Shown: piece by piece, positions 45,656 to 59,679 of the stretch
Layout: every line of letters begins with the position of its first letter
Numbering within the stretch: the stretch's first letter is position 1
Source of the DNA: Callorhinchus milii
Taxonomy: Eukaryota
DNA length: 64,000 nucleotides
Direction of reading: 5' to 3'
Assembly: GCF_018977255.1 (NCBI RefSeq)
Contig: NW_024704771.1
Location: forward strand, 2,046,001-2,110,000
Made by a program: the position numbers and the translations under genes
The notes under the pieces: model-generated
The model's input: only the letters and a program-made list of their open reading frames with translations
Databases searched by the model: none
What the model was told of the DNA's origin: nothing

Positions 45656-48499
45656 CAGGTTAATGAGGAGGAAAATGTGACTGTTATTTCCATGAGGTTT
45701 GGATGGTGCCGAGTGTTTGATTCTGTGCTGTTGCTCCAGTTTTGAGCTGAGATTGTGATGGGAAGTGAAGGGTGGGGCTGAGTGGGGTCTCCCTGGGAGA
45801 CGTCAGCTCCACATTGTATCCTGTGCCGGGAAAGCCATCTGTGGCCATTGTCACTGAGCAGCCACAACACGGCACCTGCACATTCCAGCATCAATACAGT
45901 AAACCCCACTAACAGGACTCCGGGTATCCTGGATTCACAACCAGCCGGACTGAGTCTGACACCAAAATAGATATCTTTAAAATTTTCGATGGTCCTCGCT
46001 GTGTAACCTCCCACAGGCTCAGCTCTCCTCTCACACTCAGCCGCCTCACCATCCCCACTGGCCTTCACAGGGGCCGGGGATACCCACTGTCACGCAGCAT
46101 GTTCCAGCCTCTGGCCAGGGGTTCAGTGTAATGAGCCACTGTAGCCGCCAGACAGCACAATCAGCACCAGCACCGCAACAGCTCGTCTGGATTAACATCA
46201 TTCAGAGCATCAGAGGAACCTGACACCCAATGTGTCGGAGCAAAACGTGACCCATCTTTGTAAAGCTCATCGCCAGCTCGTCTCTGTGCTCGTGTTGAGA
46301 GAATCTGACTTGCCATCCAGTGTGTGAGCTCACACGCTCTGAGACAGGGATATATATCGCTGATATCTTTCTCTCCAGCAATGCCCAGTCTCACAGTCGG
46401 GGCTGCGCTCAGAATCTCACTGAAATCTCCCAAATCAATTTTATATCTATAAACAAGGAGACATGTTGTACGACGTTGTGCAGTTTTTCTCACTGTATTT
46501 AAACAATGTATATTTTCAGTGTCATCTTTTATACTCTATAACATTTCTCTCATTCACTGTAACAATCACCCAAGAAGCGAGATCTTTAATCTTTGTTAAA
46601 CTGAGGTCAAATCTGTGTCTGTTCAAGTGGATAGTAATATCCAACGTATTGTCATTCACTTGCAAAATACTGCCTCAATTTACAATAAATCATGTTATGC
46701 CATTATTTTAAGTCCAATCATTATACACAGTCTACACACATCCCTGACCCTGAACCCCCGACACACACCCTGAGCTGTCTTAACTCCCTCTCCCCCTTCC
46801 TATACAGAGACCACACAGCGCTGAGACACCGAATGCCCACGTCCTCCTCTGACCCTCATTACTCTCCGCTCCCGTGTTTGTTTCTGATCCGGTTGTTGCT
46901 CCTCTACAGCCTCACCGGCTGCTCCATGTTTGGGGTTTGCTGAGAGATCTCAAAACACTTCAGAGAACATACTGTAACGTGTAGTGACTGTGTGTTCTTT
47001 GGGCAAAATACCGCAGCCAAGTGTGCACAGCAGTATCCCACAAACAGTGGTGATTGAGTGACCAAATTAACCGTGGGAGAGATTATTAACCCCAAAAAGC
47101 GATCCACCAATCAACTATCAACCAGTTTCCAACTTACTGCTTGGAAAACAGAGGTGTGTGGAATAAGGAAACTTGCCTAAGGTTTCACCCCACCCAGCAA
47201 TCTCTCTCTTGTGAGGCGAGTGCTCTAACCACACAGCTATAGGACTGTGTTGTTTTTAAGAGGAAGTTGGATCCTCTAAACCTATCCCCAAACCCTCCCT
47301 TTTATGGGGCTTTCAGGCTGGTTAACAACACACGGGATGAGCACACGTGTTTGGGACACTCCCTTTAAGTATAGTCAGGAGACCTTTGCATGAGGGAGAG
47401 GAGAATTGAATGGAATGGGAGGGAGTAAGGAATGGGTGGAGACTGATGTGGAGTATAAACACCGCCGCAGACTGGTTTGGCGATTTCTGTGCTGTACATT
47501 CTTTGTAAATCTGTACGTTCCTTCAATCAAGTGTAACTCGATGCCCAGCCCCTGAGATGGCCGACTGAGGCTTTCCCCAAACAACTGGAGACAGAAACAT
47601 TCACAAAGAGTGTGAATTACACTCAGACACGGGAATGGCAATTTGTGTCTCCACCTTTTGGGAATATGGTGAATTTGCCCCATGTTGATGCTGTGTTTGC
47701 AGAGACTGATCATTAATCCTGACACTCAGTCTATTCAGTCTGTGTCACAGCCCGTCAGCAAGTCTCCACTATTCATACTCAGACAAAAGCAGACTGAGAC
47801 ACACTGTCACCCACACTATATACATTGAATTTATTATATCAAGACTCAAGTTCGCCTCCACAAGATGCAGATCATCCAGAAACACAACAGGCTCCGTAAT
47901 CCTATCAGCCCCACCCTCACTTAATTTCACTGGCTTCCCATCCCCCAGAGGACAAAATCCTCATCCTCTCCGTCAAGGCCCTCCACGGCCTTGCCCCATC
48001 CTACCTCTGTGACCTGCTGACCCATTACCAACCTGTCCACGCTCCCCGCTCAGCAGCCTCTGGCCTGCTGCATGTCCCCCGTCGGGCTACACCACCATTG
48101 GCGGTTGAGGCTTCAGCCTCTCCACCCCCACACTTTTGAACTCCATCCCACAGTTCTATCACCTCACTCTCTCCCTTATCTCCCTTCAAGGCATATCTCA
48201 ATACCCTCATCTTTGACCGCACCTTCAGTCACACTCCCAACCCCACCCTCCATGCCCTCCACCAATCCTGATACAGACCTCCAGTTTGTGACGAAAGCCC
48301 TGACTGTCCAGCACCTTGAGTCATCCTCCCAATGTGAAAGGCACTGTGCAAATGTAATTTGTTGTTGTTATTGTTGTTAAAACACAGTGTATCACACACA
48401 CTGAGACACACACTGACGTATTCTCTCACACTCATTCGCACACTCTATCACACCCATTGGATAACCAGATGTATGAAGCCTCTGAGAATGCTGTACTCA

Positions 48500-49197
48500 G
48501 TAAATGATCTGTTTTATGAACTGGGAAATCAGTCATGTGGGGACCTTTCCTGTGGGATTGAAGATTATTCCAGGGAAATGTGAAGGTGTAACCAGGGGTT
48601 TCGGATCAGGAATCTTGTGTTACTGACAACAAGCGATGAGCTATTGTCATCACAAACAGGAAAATTGCAGGATTTCCATAATCTATGTTTTATGGAATAT
48701 TTTACCCTTCTCCTTATTCAGTGTCATAACAACAAGTTTACATTTGTATAGCGCCTTTCACATTGGGAGGATATGTGTGTATAGTATATATATGTGTGAA
48801 ATATAGTGGTGTGCTATGTAGTAGTTCACGCAAAGGGTAGTGAGATTGTGGAACTCTCTGCCTGAAGAAGTAGTTGAAACAGTTCATCCTTGCATTTGAT
48901 GTAGCGCCTTATCATGTTGTTGAGATGCCTCAAATTGCTTCATAGAACACATTGTAAAGTGGATTGACTGGATATTTCACAAACAAAATGTTCAGGGAGT
49001 AAGGAATGGGTGAAGACGCCTGTGGAATATAATCACCGCACAGACTGGTTTGACCGAGTTGCCTATTTAGGTGCTGTACATTCTTTGCGATGTAACTCCC
49101 ACAAGACAATTTGACAGTCAGACAAATGCAATTCCGGTCACACATTAATACAGTTTTACCTGTGAAGATTCCTCTCTTTGAAGCAAATCACCAACAG
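48500..49197 (+). promoter_or_regulatory. Upstream regulatory block and non-coding exon of BTN gene 2
   Basis: Paralogous to 31560-31885; GGGGACCTTTCC at 48539-48550; donor cag|gtaagtgtcagaaattg at 49198. Confidence 0.5.
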
Positions 49198-49879
49198 GTA
49201 AGTGTCAGAAATTGTTGCCTGAAATGACATTGGATTGTGATTGAAAAAAATTACTTTATTCTGTATTCCAGTTGTAGGATTTATTGGTTTTACCGTCACC
49301 TCTGGTGATGTGGAGTTTAGACATAAAATCAATGTTCTCTATTGTCAGGTTTGTGTCAATAGTAAAGCGGGAGCTCTGCAGTCAGTTTATTCCCAGTTTG
49401 TTGTTTAGACACTGAGAACTGGAGGCAAGTGAGGAGGGAGGGAATGGGAGCTCCTCTCTGACCTGCATCTTGTTGGGGTGAATAAGGAGCGGCTGTGAGG
49501 AGGGGGAGGGCAGGAGCACATTACAGCAGTTACACATAACATGTTTCTTCCCCAAACCCCCTCATGGAGACCCCCAGTGCGGGGCCAGGGGGGCCTCACT
49601 GTCACAGTTAAAGATCCCACATCACTATTCCAACAGAGAAGGCAGTTTGTTCTGCTGTGGGTGTAAATGCAAAGAACATGTTGTCAGATGACAGAATTAT
49701 TAATTATGTTTTCCATGTTTATTAATTACCAGCTGAACCTATTGCGGCTGTACTTGCAACCAAAGGATCCAATATGGAATGAGCATTTTAGTATTATTAT
49801 ACCTTATATTATATTATGTTTCATATTAGTTTATTGTACTTTATATTAGATTATTGTACGTTATATTAGATTATTGTAC

Positions 49880-50770
49880 TTTATAACAACAACAGCTTGT
49901 ACTTGTATTGCGCCATTCATGCAGAATAACATCTTACAGAGCTTTAAAGGGACGTTGCCTGACTCTGAGTTGGTGACAAACGCATGCACATGTTTATCAG
50001 CTGCATTTGGGATAAGGTACGGTTTGAGGAGGGCAATGTGGCAGAGGTGCAACAAGGCGGTCCTGGTCAGGAATTGTATGTGGGGCAGGAAGGACAGTTG
50101 GAGATTGAACCGGATGCCTAGATTGTGCCCTGAGACTGAAGGAGAGCCCAGAGAGCTTGAGGAATTTAGATCCGCAGCAGTGAAGACATTGACAGACAAG
50201 GAATATGTCTTCCATCTTGTCCATGTTCAGCTGCAGGATGTTTACACTCATCCAGGCCTTGATGTCTGCCAGACAAGCTGATAGGACATCAGGGAAATGG
50301 AGTTTGTAATGGAGGAGGCCAAGTAGATTTGTGTGTCATCGCATACATGTGGAAGTTTATGTCATGTCAATGGATGACATTAGGGGAAAATATAGATAAC
50401 TAAGGGAGATGAGGGAGGACGGTAGTGGAGAAGGATGGCATGGTCAACTGTGTCGGACGTGGGAAAGAAATCCAGGAGGATGAGGAGGCAGAGGGAGCCC
50501 TGGTCACATAGAGAGAATGTCATATGTGTCCTTGAAAAGCACTGTCTCTATGCTGTGGGCAGTGGGAAATCGCAGGGGCTCGAAGAGAGAATTGACCGAG
50601 CACAATGGTGCAGGCAAGCAGATGCTTGAGTGGGTTAATAGAGAGGATGGTGGATGATGGATAATAGCATCTTTGGATTGTTGTTTGCCTCCAGGATGAC
50701 TTTAGATTGAAAGTCAGATTGGCCTGTGAAGGGGAGAGGCAGTAGGTGCGGAGGTGCTCGAGCCACAGCT
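49880..50770 (-). mobile_element. L2 LINE fragment
   Basis: Minus-strand L2 RT/C-terminal pieces (LQLNMDKMEDIFL; HLCHIALLKPYL...HVHAFVT). Confidence 0.75.
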
Positions 50771-51274
50771 GTTTATAGTATATTATTATACTTTTATATT
50801 ATTATTATAATTTATATCCTAATTTATATTACATTATTAGCCTTGATATAAAGATAGGAGATCCACCCAAAAAATGCCCCTGGTTTTCTCTCATGCAACT
50901 TTGTTTCAGAATACATTAGCGTAGATGTATCTCTCTGGAATGGTGTGTGTTTTCTCTGTCAAAACCGTGTTGCAGTATACGATGCACACCTCAAATTGTG
51001 GGGCTGAATTAAAGTATTTTTTAAATGTAGCTCATCAGTGATAGGTGTTCCACAAAACAAATATGCCCATGACACTCCAACTTGAAAGACCTTTCTGATG
51101 ACTTATAATCAATGTCAATTGGTTATTAGCATTATTGGCTTGACACGCAGACAAACTCACACAAACATTTTGTCTTGATTAATATAGATAGATATACAAA
51201 CACAAGTCTCTGTGTGTATGATCTGAATTGCTGTGTTGTAACCAGTTCTAATCTCATTGTGAAGGTCCGAGAGG

Positions 51275-54200
51275 ATGAGCTGGAAACACTTTCTTCAGGT
51301 CCTATGGCTTGCGCTTCCCCTCTCACTGGCTGGTAAGGAAACACATTGAATCTGTTTGATTTTGTTGGTGTTAAATTGCTGAGGGTAAAGGGAGAGCTGC
51401 TGAAGGTGGCGGCTGGGAGTGAGTGTGATTCACACACTGACAGCTGCTAATGTTCCAGGAGTTGGGCAAAGCCTCAAAGATTCAAGTCCAGGTGGGGCTA
51501 AACTTTAGCCAAGTTTCTTTTCTCCACCCTTCTCTGTTTACCTTGCAATAACTAGGAACTCGGTTGTTCACTTATAATCGTGAAGGGAATTTTCTCCAAT
51601 AGCTCTACAATAGCTCCTAACTGTTGGAATCACCTCAATCAGATCACCCCTTAAACATCCTCAGTGCTGAGGAATATAATCTAAGTCTAAACAGCCTCTC
51701 AACACAGCTAAACCATTTCATCCCAGGGATTAATTCATGGATCAGCTTCTCAACATTGGTTGCCTCAAGTCATAGCTTCAGTTGAGGCCTGACAGCACCT
51801 CAATTTACATTCCTCTTGTTACAAAGACCATCATTAATCTCACTTGTTGTATTCTGAACCCGTCCCTCAAGGATTATTATCATTGTTTATGTCGGAACTA
51901 ATTGATATCACAGTGACTTTTTTTTGCTCAGCCGTGATTCTGACACATGCAGAAACCCATTACCGTGTTTAAGAGGATCCAAATCAAGCTGAGATTTCCG
52001 TGCATCCCATCTAGACATGGAAATTTCACAGATAGGTTGTTGGAATGGAATGCGCTCTCTCACCCGGGAGGGAGACATCTTGCATTATAGAGTTTGTCTG
52101 AGTCAGTTGATTCCTAACTTATCCATTGTTTGTTATTAAACAGAGAGATTCACAGTCAGTGGCCCGGCCCTCCCTGTCTCAGCCATTGCTGGTTCGGATG
52201 TTGTCCTGGACTGTAAGTGTTCCACAGACCTGCCCCTAGAGGGTGTGGAAGTGAAGTGGTTCAGGACAAGATATGACTCCCCAGTGCATTTATACAAGGA
52301 GGGACATCATCAACTGCAGAAGCAGAAAGAAACCTACAGAGGCAGAACACAACTGTTTGTGGAGGAGTTTATCAATGGCAATGTGTCTCTCAGACTGGAA
52401 GATGTGCGGGTGTCAGACCACGGAGAGTACACGTGCTTCGTTGAGTACTCTGAATGGTATGAAGAGGCAGTGATGGAGTTGAATGTTATTGGTCAGTAAT
52501 GTTTACAACTCATTTTTATTTGATGAGATCCGCGTTGTACAAAAATAACAATTCATTAACTTAACAACACTCAGTAACTGGATGGTCAGGGAGGATCTTG
52601 AAGGTCTCCTTAGTGTTAAAAGCCAAATGGAAAAAAAACCTTGAATCATCCAGGTTGGTAGACCTCGGGGACCTCAGTTTATCATCTTATCCAAAGAACG
52701 GCACCTCCGACAATGCAACACCTCCAGCAATGCACTGGAGCTTCAGCTTAGACTATTTGATTCCAAATCCCGATATGGGGACTTGAACCCACAACCTTCT
52801 GACTCAGAGGGAAGAGTGCTACCACTGAGCCAGGCTGACACACCACTTCTTTAAATGTCTATTTACATTTCTTGACAGACGACTTCTTTCCCAAAATGCC
52901 AGTGAGTTTGATGGTTTCCTCACTGCTCTTAGGACTTGCCATAATGGTGCTGAGTGTTCTTGTCGGCTACAGTATAAAACAGCATCGAGAAATCAAAGGT
53001 ACGTTCCCAACAGTAACATCTCCCATTACAAGTCACACATTGTTTGTTTTCATGAAACAAATACTTTCTATGAAACAATTGTGACACTAATTGTGATTGT
53101 ATTTCAAAGTCCTTAATTTTATTATGTACCACTAAAACAAGAACAAAATTACATGTGTGTAGCTCCTTTCATGTCGAGAGGACGTCCCAAGGCATTAGAC
53201 AGAGTTTTGGACCCAAGCTGCGGGTTGGGATTGGGGAGGGTGTATGGCATGGGGAATCAGGGTGATTGAAAGCAGGGTCGAAGAGGAGATTCTTAACATG
53301 GGTCTTAAAGGAAGCAAGCAAGGAGGCGAGGTTGAGGTTTAACTGTATTTAGACGTCCAGAGGATCGGTGAGAGTGAATGAGCTCCACCATTTTCATGGC
53401 AGATAATGATCCGTTGCCAAGTTTGGTGCAACATCTTCTGTACCATGATGGAGTAACAAGTTGATATGTATCTCTGATAGCTTGTTTCACCTCCTCTGTA
53501 GTCTTAGAAAATAAAAAATCATTTTAAGAAAGAAAACCTGGGGTTGCTAAACACCCTGTAGATTATCCCTCAACATAAAACTGTATTCATCATAATAATA
53601 ATCCTTGCATTTGATATAGCGCCTTCTCACATCTGCGAGAGGTCACAACTCACCTCATAGAATATACTGCAAATTTATTTGACTGTATATTTTGTGGGCA
53701 AAACACTGCAGCCAATTGCGCTCAGTAGTGGCCACAAAGTCGTGGATTGAGTGATCAAATTATTAATAGTTGTTGGAAGGAATTATTACTCCCAGAAAAG
53801 CCATACACCAATCCACTAACAACCAGTCTCTATGTACTGCTGGGTAAACAGAGGCATGTGGAGTAAGGAAACTTGCCCAACATGTCGCACTACCGGGAAT
53901 CGAACCCAGGTCTCTCGCTTGTGAGGCGAGTGCTCTAACCACTGAGCTACACGACTATACATAATCAGTTTGTCAATGTAGTAACAATTTGTCTATACTA
54001 ACAATTTCAATTTTTTATTCAACAGACCTTCAGAAAAGACTGGGTAAGCAAAATTATACAACAATCTCTGTTGTGATGAAATCTCATTGACATTAGATCA
54101 CCTCAACACCAAATAGTTGCATAAAATGTGTTTCACACAATCTTCGTGACTGAGAGATAAATGTTAACAAACCCCAATATTTATCCTGAGATACTAATAA

Positions 54201-57200
54201 TCGACTGAGATGAAGGTAGTGCATGAACCAAAAAGATAGATTTACTTTGAAAGCAAAAATGTGCAGAGCTATGGGGTAAGAGCAGGAGAATGGGACTAAT
54301 TGGTAGTTATTTCAAAAACATGTCACGGGTACGATGGGCCGAATGCCCTCCTTCTGTGCTGTAAGATACAGTCTATATTTCTAGATATTCTATATATTCT
54401 ATATCAATTCGAGTTATGTTATGGTTATTAATTGGTACACTTCCCCTTCTCTTACACAGCTTTCTTTCCAACCGTCATTGCCTGGAGTTAGTGCTCGGGC
54501 TGCCTCCTTCCTTTGAGAATGTTCCACAAAATCCTGGTCAAATTTTATAAACAGCTTCACTTTTCAGGCCTCACAAGTCCTTTATCACAGTAATAATAAT
54601 AATAATAATGCTTACATTTAATATAACGCTTTTCACATCTTCTAGATGTCTCAAAGTGCTTCATAGAATATACTGCAAAGTGTATTCTATATATTTATGG
54701 GCAAAATGCAGCAACCAAATTGCGCACAGTAGTGTCGCACAAACATTCATGGATTGAAGTGACCAATTTATTATTGTTTTATTTCTTGAGGGATTATTAT
54801 TAGGCGTGTGGAGTGTGGAAACTGAATTAAATTCAGATTTTTATTGATAAATGGTTTCAGATCTTGAACATTTCTGAAGTAAATTATAAAGGAAATATAT
54901 ACCAGTGATATCACCTCACGTGGAAGGTTTCTGATCACTGAAAGCTGAGAAAAAGTAAGTAAATCAAAACTACCAAATTAATTCCAATGTATTACAAACT
55001 TAAACAGGAATAACTTAATTTCAGACCTACTAGAAAAAATAAAGCATAAAGTACATTACGATATATATTATTATTTATAGTAAATACTATCAAGCACATT
55101 ATTATGGCCTTGCTGATTTGGCTAATCTTTTGAATTATGGAGTCCTGTAGCTCAGTGTTTAGAGCATTCGCCTCACAAGCGAGAGGTCACGGGTTTGATT
55201 CCTAAACAGGGAAAAACCTAAGGCCAGTTTCCTTACTCCACGTGCCTCTGTTTACACAGCAATAAGTGGGAACCTGGCTGTTTGTCAATTAATCTTCACT
55301 TTTCCAAGTGTAATAATCTCTTTAAAAGCAAAATAATAATTTGGGTCACTCAATCCATGTCTGTTTGTGTGACACTGCTGTGCGCAATTGGCTGCTGTGT
55401 TTCGCTCACAAAATACACAGTCAATTCACTTAGCAGTAAATCCTGTGATGCGCTTTGAGACATCTCAATGACGTGGTAAAGCTCTATATCAAATGCAAGA
55501 ATTATTACAATGATTATAATTAATTTATAGAGAAAACTCTAATTAAGTTATCAGCATCTCACACATTATAATCTGTGGCTGGTGTGAATTGGCTGAACAC
55601 AGCGGCAGCTCTCAGTGTGAGGGGCAGTGGCTTTCCATGGACTCACTCATGTACATTGACTTCAAACATGAACATACTCCTCATCTGCGTGTGCGGCAGC
55701 TGTGAAACTGATTAATTCTCCTTTCTTCTTGTTTCCAGAGCGGAGAAAGTTCACCCCCTACGCAGGTAAGAGTCTCAGTAACCTGGGAACACAATATTCC
55801 CATAAACCTGCCACGTTCATTGTCAAACACTGGGACTGTCCACTCTGAAAGGAACTCCTGCAATCGGTTACACTCTGTTACAAAGTGGTCCATAAGATAT
55901 GGATTGGTCAGTGACATGTAGAATGAACACAGTCATCCTGGAGGGATAAAAGATGTGTCAGCCGGGCTCAGTGGGAGCTTTCTCGCCTCTGAGTCAGAAT
56001 CTCACATCGGATCTTGGAATCACATCGTCTAAGCTGATGCTCCAATTCAGTGCTGGGGGTGTGTTGTATTGACAGAGGTGTCCTTCAGATGCGATGTTAA
56101 ACCGAGGTCCTGTCTGCCTGTTCTGGTGGCCATTAAAGATCCCGTGGCAGAACTCGACAAGAGAAGGGAGTTTCCCCTGGTCAACAAATCCCCCAAATAA
56201 AATTGATCCCTCACCCCAGGACTGTTGGTGCAACGCTTCTGAGTGCAAACTGGATGCCATGTTTCTCCCATAAATCACACAGTCAATTCACTTTAGAGTA
56301 TATTCTGGTTTGATGATGTGATAAGCACTGTATCAAACACAAGGATTATTATTATAAAAGTCTTGCAGAGTTAAATATATTATAATTTTTCAAATAAGAC
56401 TCTTGGGTGGAAAACAGGTCAGTGGAAATATCAGAAAATTCAATCAGAAGGTGAGAGGAAAATAGGCAGACTCTGCCTTTGTGATTTGAGGAAATGTTCA
56501 GAGCAACAAATGCAAAGTGCAGGAATATAATTTTTCTCCAGAGAGATGGGAAAACTGGAAAAAGTAGTCCATGTTCATCACAATCCATCAACCGGGGAAA
56601 TCTAATCCATGGTTATACAAGATCCTAAAATCATGAACAAGAACAATTTACAGGTTTGTGCTGCCAGGACTGGTTTACTTTTCCAAAATGTAAATGTCAA
56701 CATTTCCACATCGCGGCCTTCGCTTTCCTCCCCCTCCAACACACACACCGTCACTTACACCCCCACACAAAACACACCCTCACATCACCCCCCACCCCTG
56801 ACACACACACACACATACAGTGAACCTTTTTTCTGGATTCTGTTACCACGAGATGTTGATGTATTACACAGTGTGTAATGTGTGATGCTAAAGATTATTT
56901 TATTTATAGCTGTAAGTGTGGTTCACTGTTCTGAGTAATGTTCTGATTCTCACTCTAGTTACAGTCACTCTGGATCCTGACACAGCCCATCCTCAGCTCA
57001 TCCTGTCTGACGACCTGATCAGTGTGAGAGTTGGAGATGAACAGCAGCAGCTCCCGGACATCCCGGAGAGGTTCATTAACTGGCCATTTGTGCTGGGATC
57101 TGAGGGCTACATGTCGGGGGGACATTACTGGGAGGTGCAGGTGGGCAACAAGACTGACTGGATTGTGGGAGTAGCCAGAGAGTCGGTGGACAGAAAAGAA

Positions 57201-57485
57201 CCCATCACAGAGGGTGGAGTCTGGTGTGTGTGTCTGATGGGTGTGGTCTATTATGCTCTGACCTCCCATCGTACCTGTCTGACCCCGAGAGAGAGACCCG
57301 GGAAGGTCGGAGTGTTCCTGGACTATGAGGGGGGACAGGTGTCATTTTACAACGCTGACAACATGGCTCATCTCCACACTTTCACCCAAACTTTCACTGA
57401 GAAACTTTATCCTCTGTTCAGTCCCTGGTATAATGAGGACGGAGGAAACTCTGAGCCGCTGACAATCTGCTCAGTGAGAGCTTAA
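51275..57485 (+). CDS. Butyrophilin-like gene 2 lacking IgC (SP-IgV-TM-mini-exons-B30.2), 365 aa; exons 51275-51332, 52144-52491, 52879-52998, 54026-54043, 55739-55765, 56959-57485
   Basis: All junctions are GT-AG and phase 1; exons paralogous to gene 1; 27-nt exon ERRKFTPYA; the CDS sums to 1098 nt with no internal stop. Confidence 0.88.
52557..52640 (+). pseudogene. Remnant of the IgC exon in BTN gene 2
   Basis: Reads [25 protein letters not shown] versus [25 protein letters not shown] in gene 1 (34980-35060); no acceptor or donor retained. Confidence 0.88.
53591..53956 (-). mobile_element. Full-length family A SINE
   Basis: Reverse-complement tail, body and head. Confidence 0.85.
55139..55510 (+). 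mobile_element. Full-length family A SINE
   Basis: Head ggagtcctgtagctcagtg, body and tail. Confidence 0.85.
55958..56356 (+). mobile_element. Second SINE family (Deu-domain, SacSINE1/AmnSINE1-like)
   Basis: tcagccgggctcagtggg...ctcgcctctgagtcaga head; central gatgttaaaccgaggtcctgtctgcc...taaagatcccgtggca resembles the DeuSINE domain as I recall it; fragments also at ~12885-13110 and 52730-52840. Confidence 0.65.
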
Positions 57486-59679
57486 TAAGATGGAAAACCC
57501 TCAGCCATTCACTAGATTGATAAGCGGTGGGTGAAAATATTCTCGGGGAGATGAGTGGGACTGTTCCCCTTAAGACGGATGTGATCTCTGTGCCATCATC
57601 AAAGATGGGTTCTCCTCCCTCTTCACCACTGACTCCGAGGTCCATCGGCCAATCAGAGCTCATGATGTCCAGACGAGCAGCCGTTGACAAGTTAGGTGAA
57701 GGGCAAGAGGGGCCCATGTGTTGGGGACGTTGAGGAGACTGACTGTGGTCTTCCTCAGGGCTTTTTCCTCCCAGCTCCCCTTAAACAGGTGACGGTAATA
57801 GGTTGTGGGAGGAGGGTGGGAGGAGGGGGGTATGGGTGCTGAGACCCTTCGAGCACTCGTAACCCGCTGTCTACACAGAGCTTTACTTGTTTTTTCTTAT
57901 TAATAATAATCAATCCTTGTGTCTCCCTTTGTGATTGCTTTTGATGACTATATTCATTTTAATACCTTTTATCTGTTTATGTAATTAAACAATGAATCAC
58001 AAGATGATTATTAATGATAACAATAATCCTTGCATTTCATATAGGGCCTGATAACACCTTCGAGATATCTCAAAGCCCTTCACAGAATATAATGGAAAGT
58101 TGATTGCGTATGTATTTTGTGGGCAAAACGCAGCAGGCAATTGCACACAGTAATGTCCCACACACAGTCGTGTTTAAAATTATTTAATTATTATTTAAAT
58201 AATTTTATCTTTCTATCCCAGACAGCTCGGTTTATATATGAAAAATAAAATATTTGAAACTCCTGAAGAAATATTAAACTGAAATTAATCATAATAATAA
58301 CAAAGTATCCGATATGGAACGTAGATTGCAGTGATAGCACTGACAAACCATTTAACATGCCACGAACACTGTATGTACACCTTAAGCAAAACTCCCATAC
58401 ATGTCCGATGGTCCATAGCTCATCAACAATAAAAGATACGGTCAATGCTATGCTAACCGGACGAGTTTATGTGTGATCCAGATTGTCTTTGAGTTATTGC
58501 AAAGCTTCCATGTAGATGACATTTACAGTTTCTCCCTCGAACATGATGTACAGCTTTTGTGATCATGTCTTTCTGTGTCGAAGTCCAACTGAGCTGTTCT
58601 TTATTCTTCAGTTTCATTTAATCGGACTTCTCTCTTTTGTGTGGCATTTTTGTTCTCCTTGGAAGGCTTGATCTTCCCTTAGGTATCCTTAAGATTAAGA
58701 AAATGTGCTTTTTCGATGGTGCCTGTTGGAAGGACTCAATAGGAAGACTCAGTGGGAACATTCCTTGTTGGGAGGACTTAGTGGGAAAACTTCCTTCGCT
58801 TTTTATTGCAGAATATGGAAGGGAGTGTGAATTTGTTGCAGAGTACTGTGCATACTTCATATTTTGAGGATTAAGCTCATCAACGATAGATATCTGCCCA
58901 CAAAAATATGCCCACGACACTCTGCATTGCAAGACTTTTCTGATGAGGTATAAATCATGTCACCTGGTAAATTTCCTTTGCACCCTGCAGAACTCTAGCT
59001 GAGGCCTAACCAGTGTTTTATAAAGTACCACTTCCTGAATTTTGCCCCTATTAATACAGCCAAGTATTTCCTATATATTTTTAAATAGCTTTGTCTTCCT
59101 GTCCTGCGACCTTCAAAGATTTACTGTACCAACTATGAGGTCCCACATCCCGAAATACATCACTTTGCATTTCTCCACATTAAACTTCATGTGCCACATG
59201 TCTGCCCATTCTACCACTCTGTCTACGTCCTCTTATATTCTGCTACTATCCTCCTCTCCGTTCACTGCTTGTCTTAGCTTAGTATCATCTGCAGACTTAA
59301 AACTTGGCAATTGTACTCCCTTTAGCCAATTCAATTCCGCTCAGCCGGCTCTGGCTGCTCAACGTCCCCCGACCCACCCGCCCACCATTGGCGGGAGAGC
59401 CTTCAGCCACTCCGCCCCAACCTCTGGGAATCCATCCCCCAGTCACTCCGCCTCGCCCCCTCCTTAGCCTCCTTTAAGTCTCGCCTCAAGACCCTCCTCA
59501 TCGACCACACCATCGGCCTCTCCCCTCCCCCTCACCCCCGACCCCACTCAGGTCTGAAATGCTGTACTCTGTCCAGCGCCTCAGGACGTCCTCCCGTCGT
59601 GAAAGGCGCTATACAAATGTAATCGTGTTGTTGTCTGAGTGGCTGTTCACATTCTGAACAATTTAATGTACATTTCCAA

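Noticed and set aside
46065-46400. Unique-looking segment in the BTN gene 1 3' flank with minus-strand ORF 46161-46493
   Set aside because: No recognisable domain or splice structure; left unassigned.
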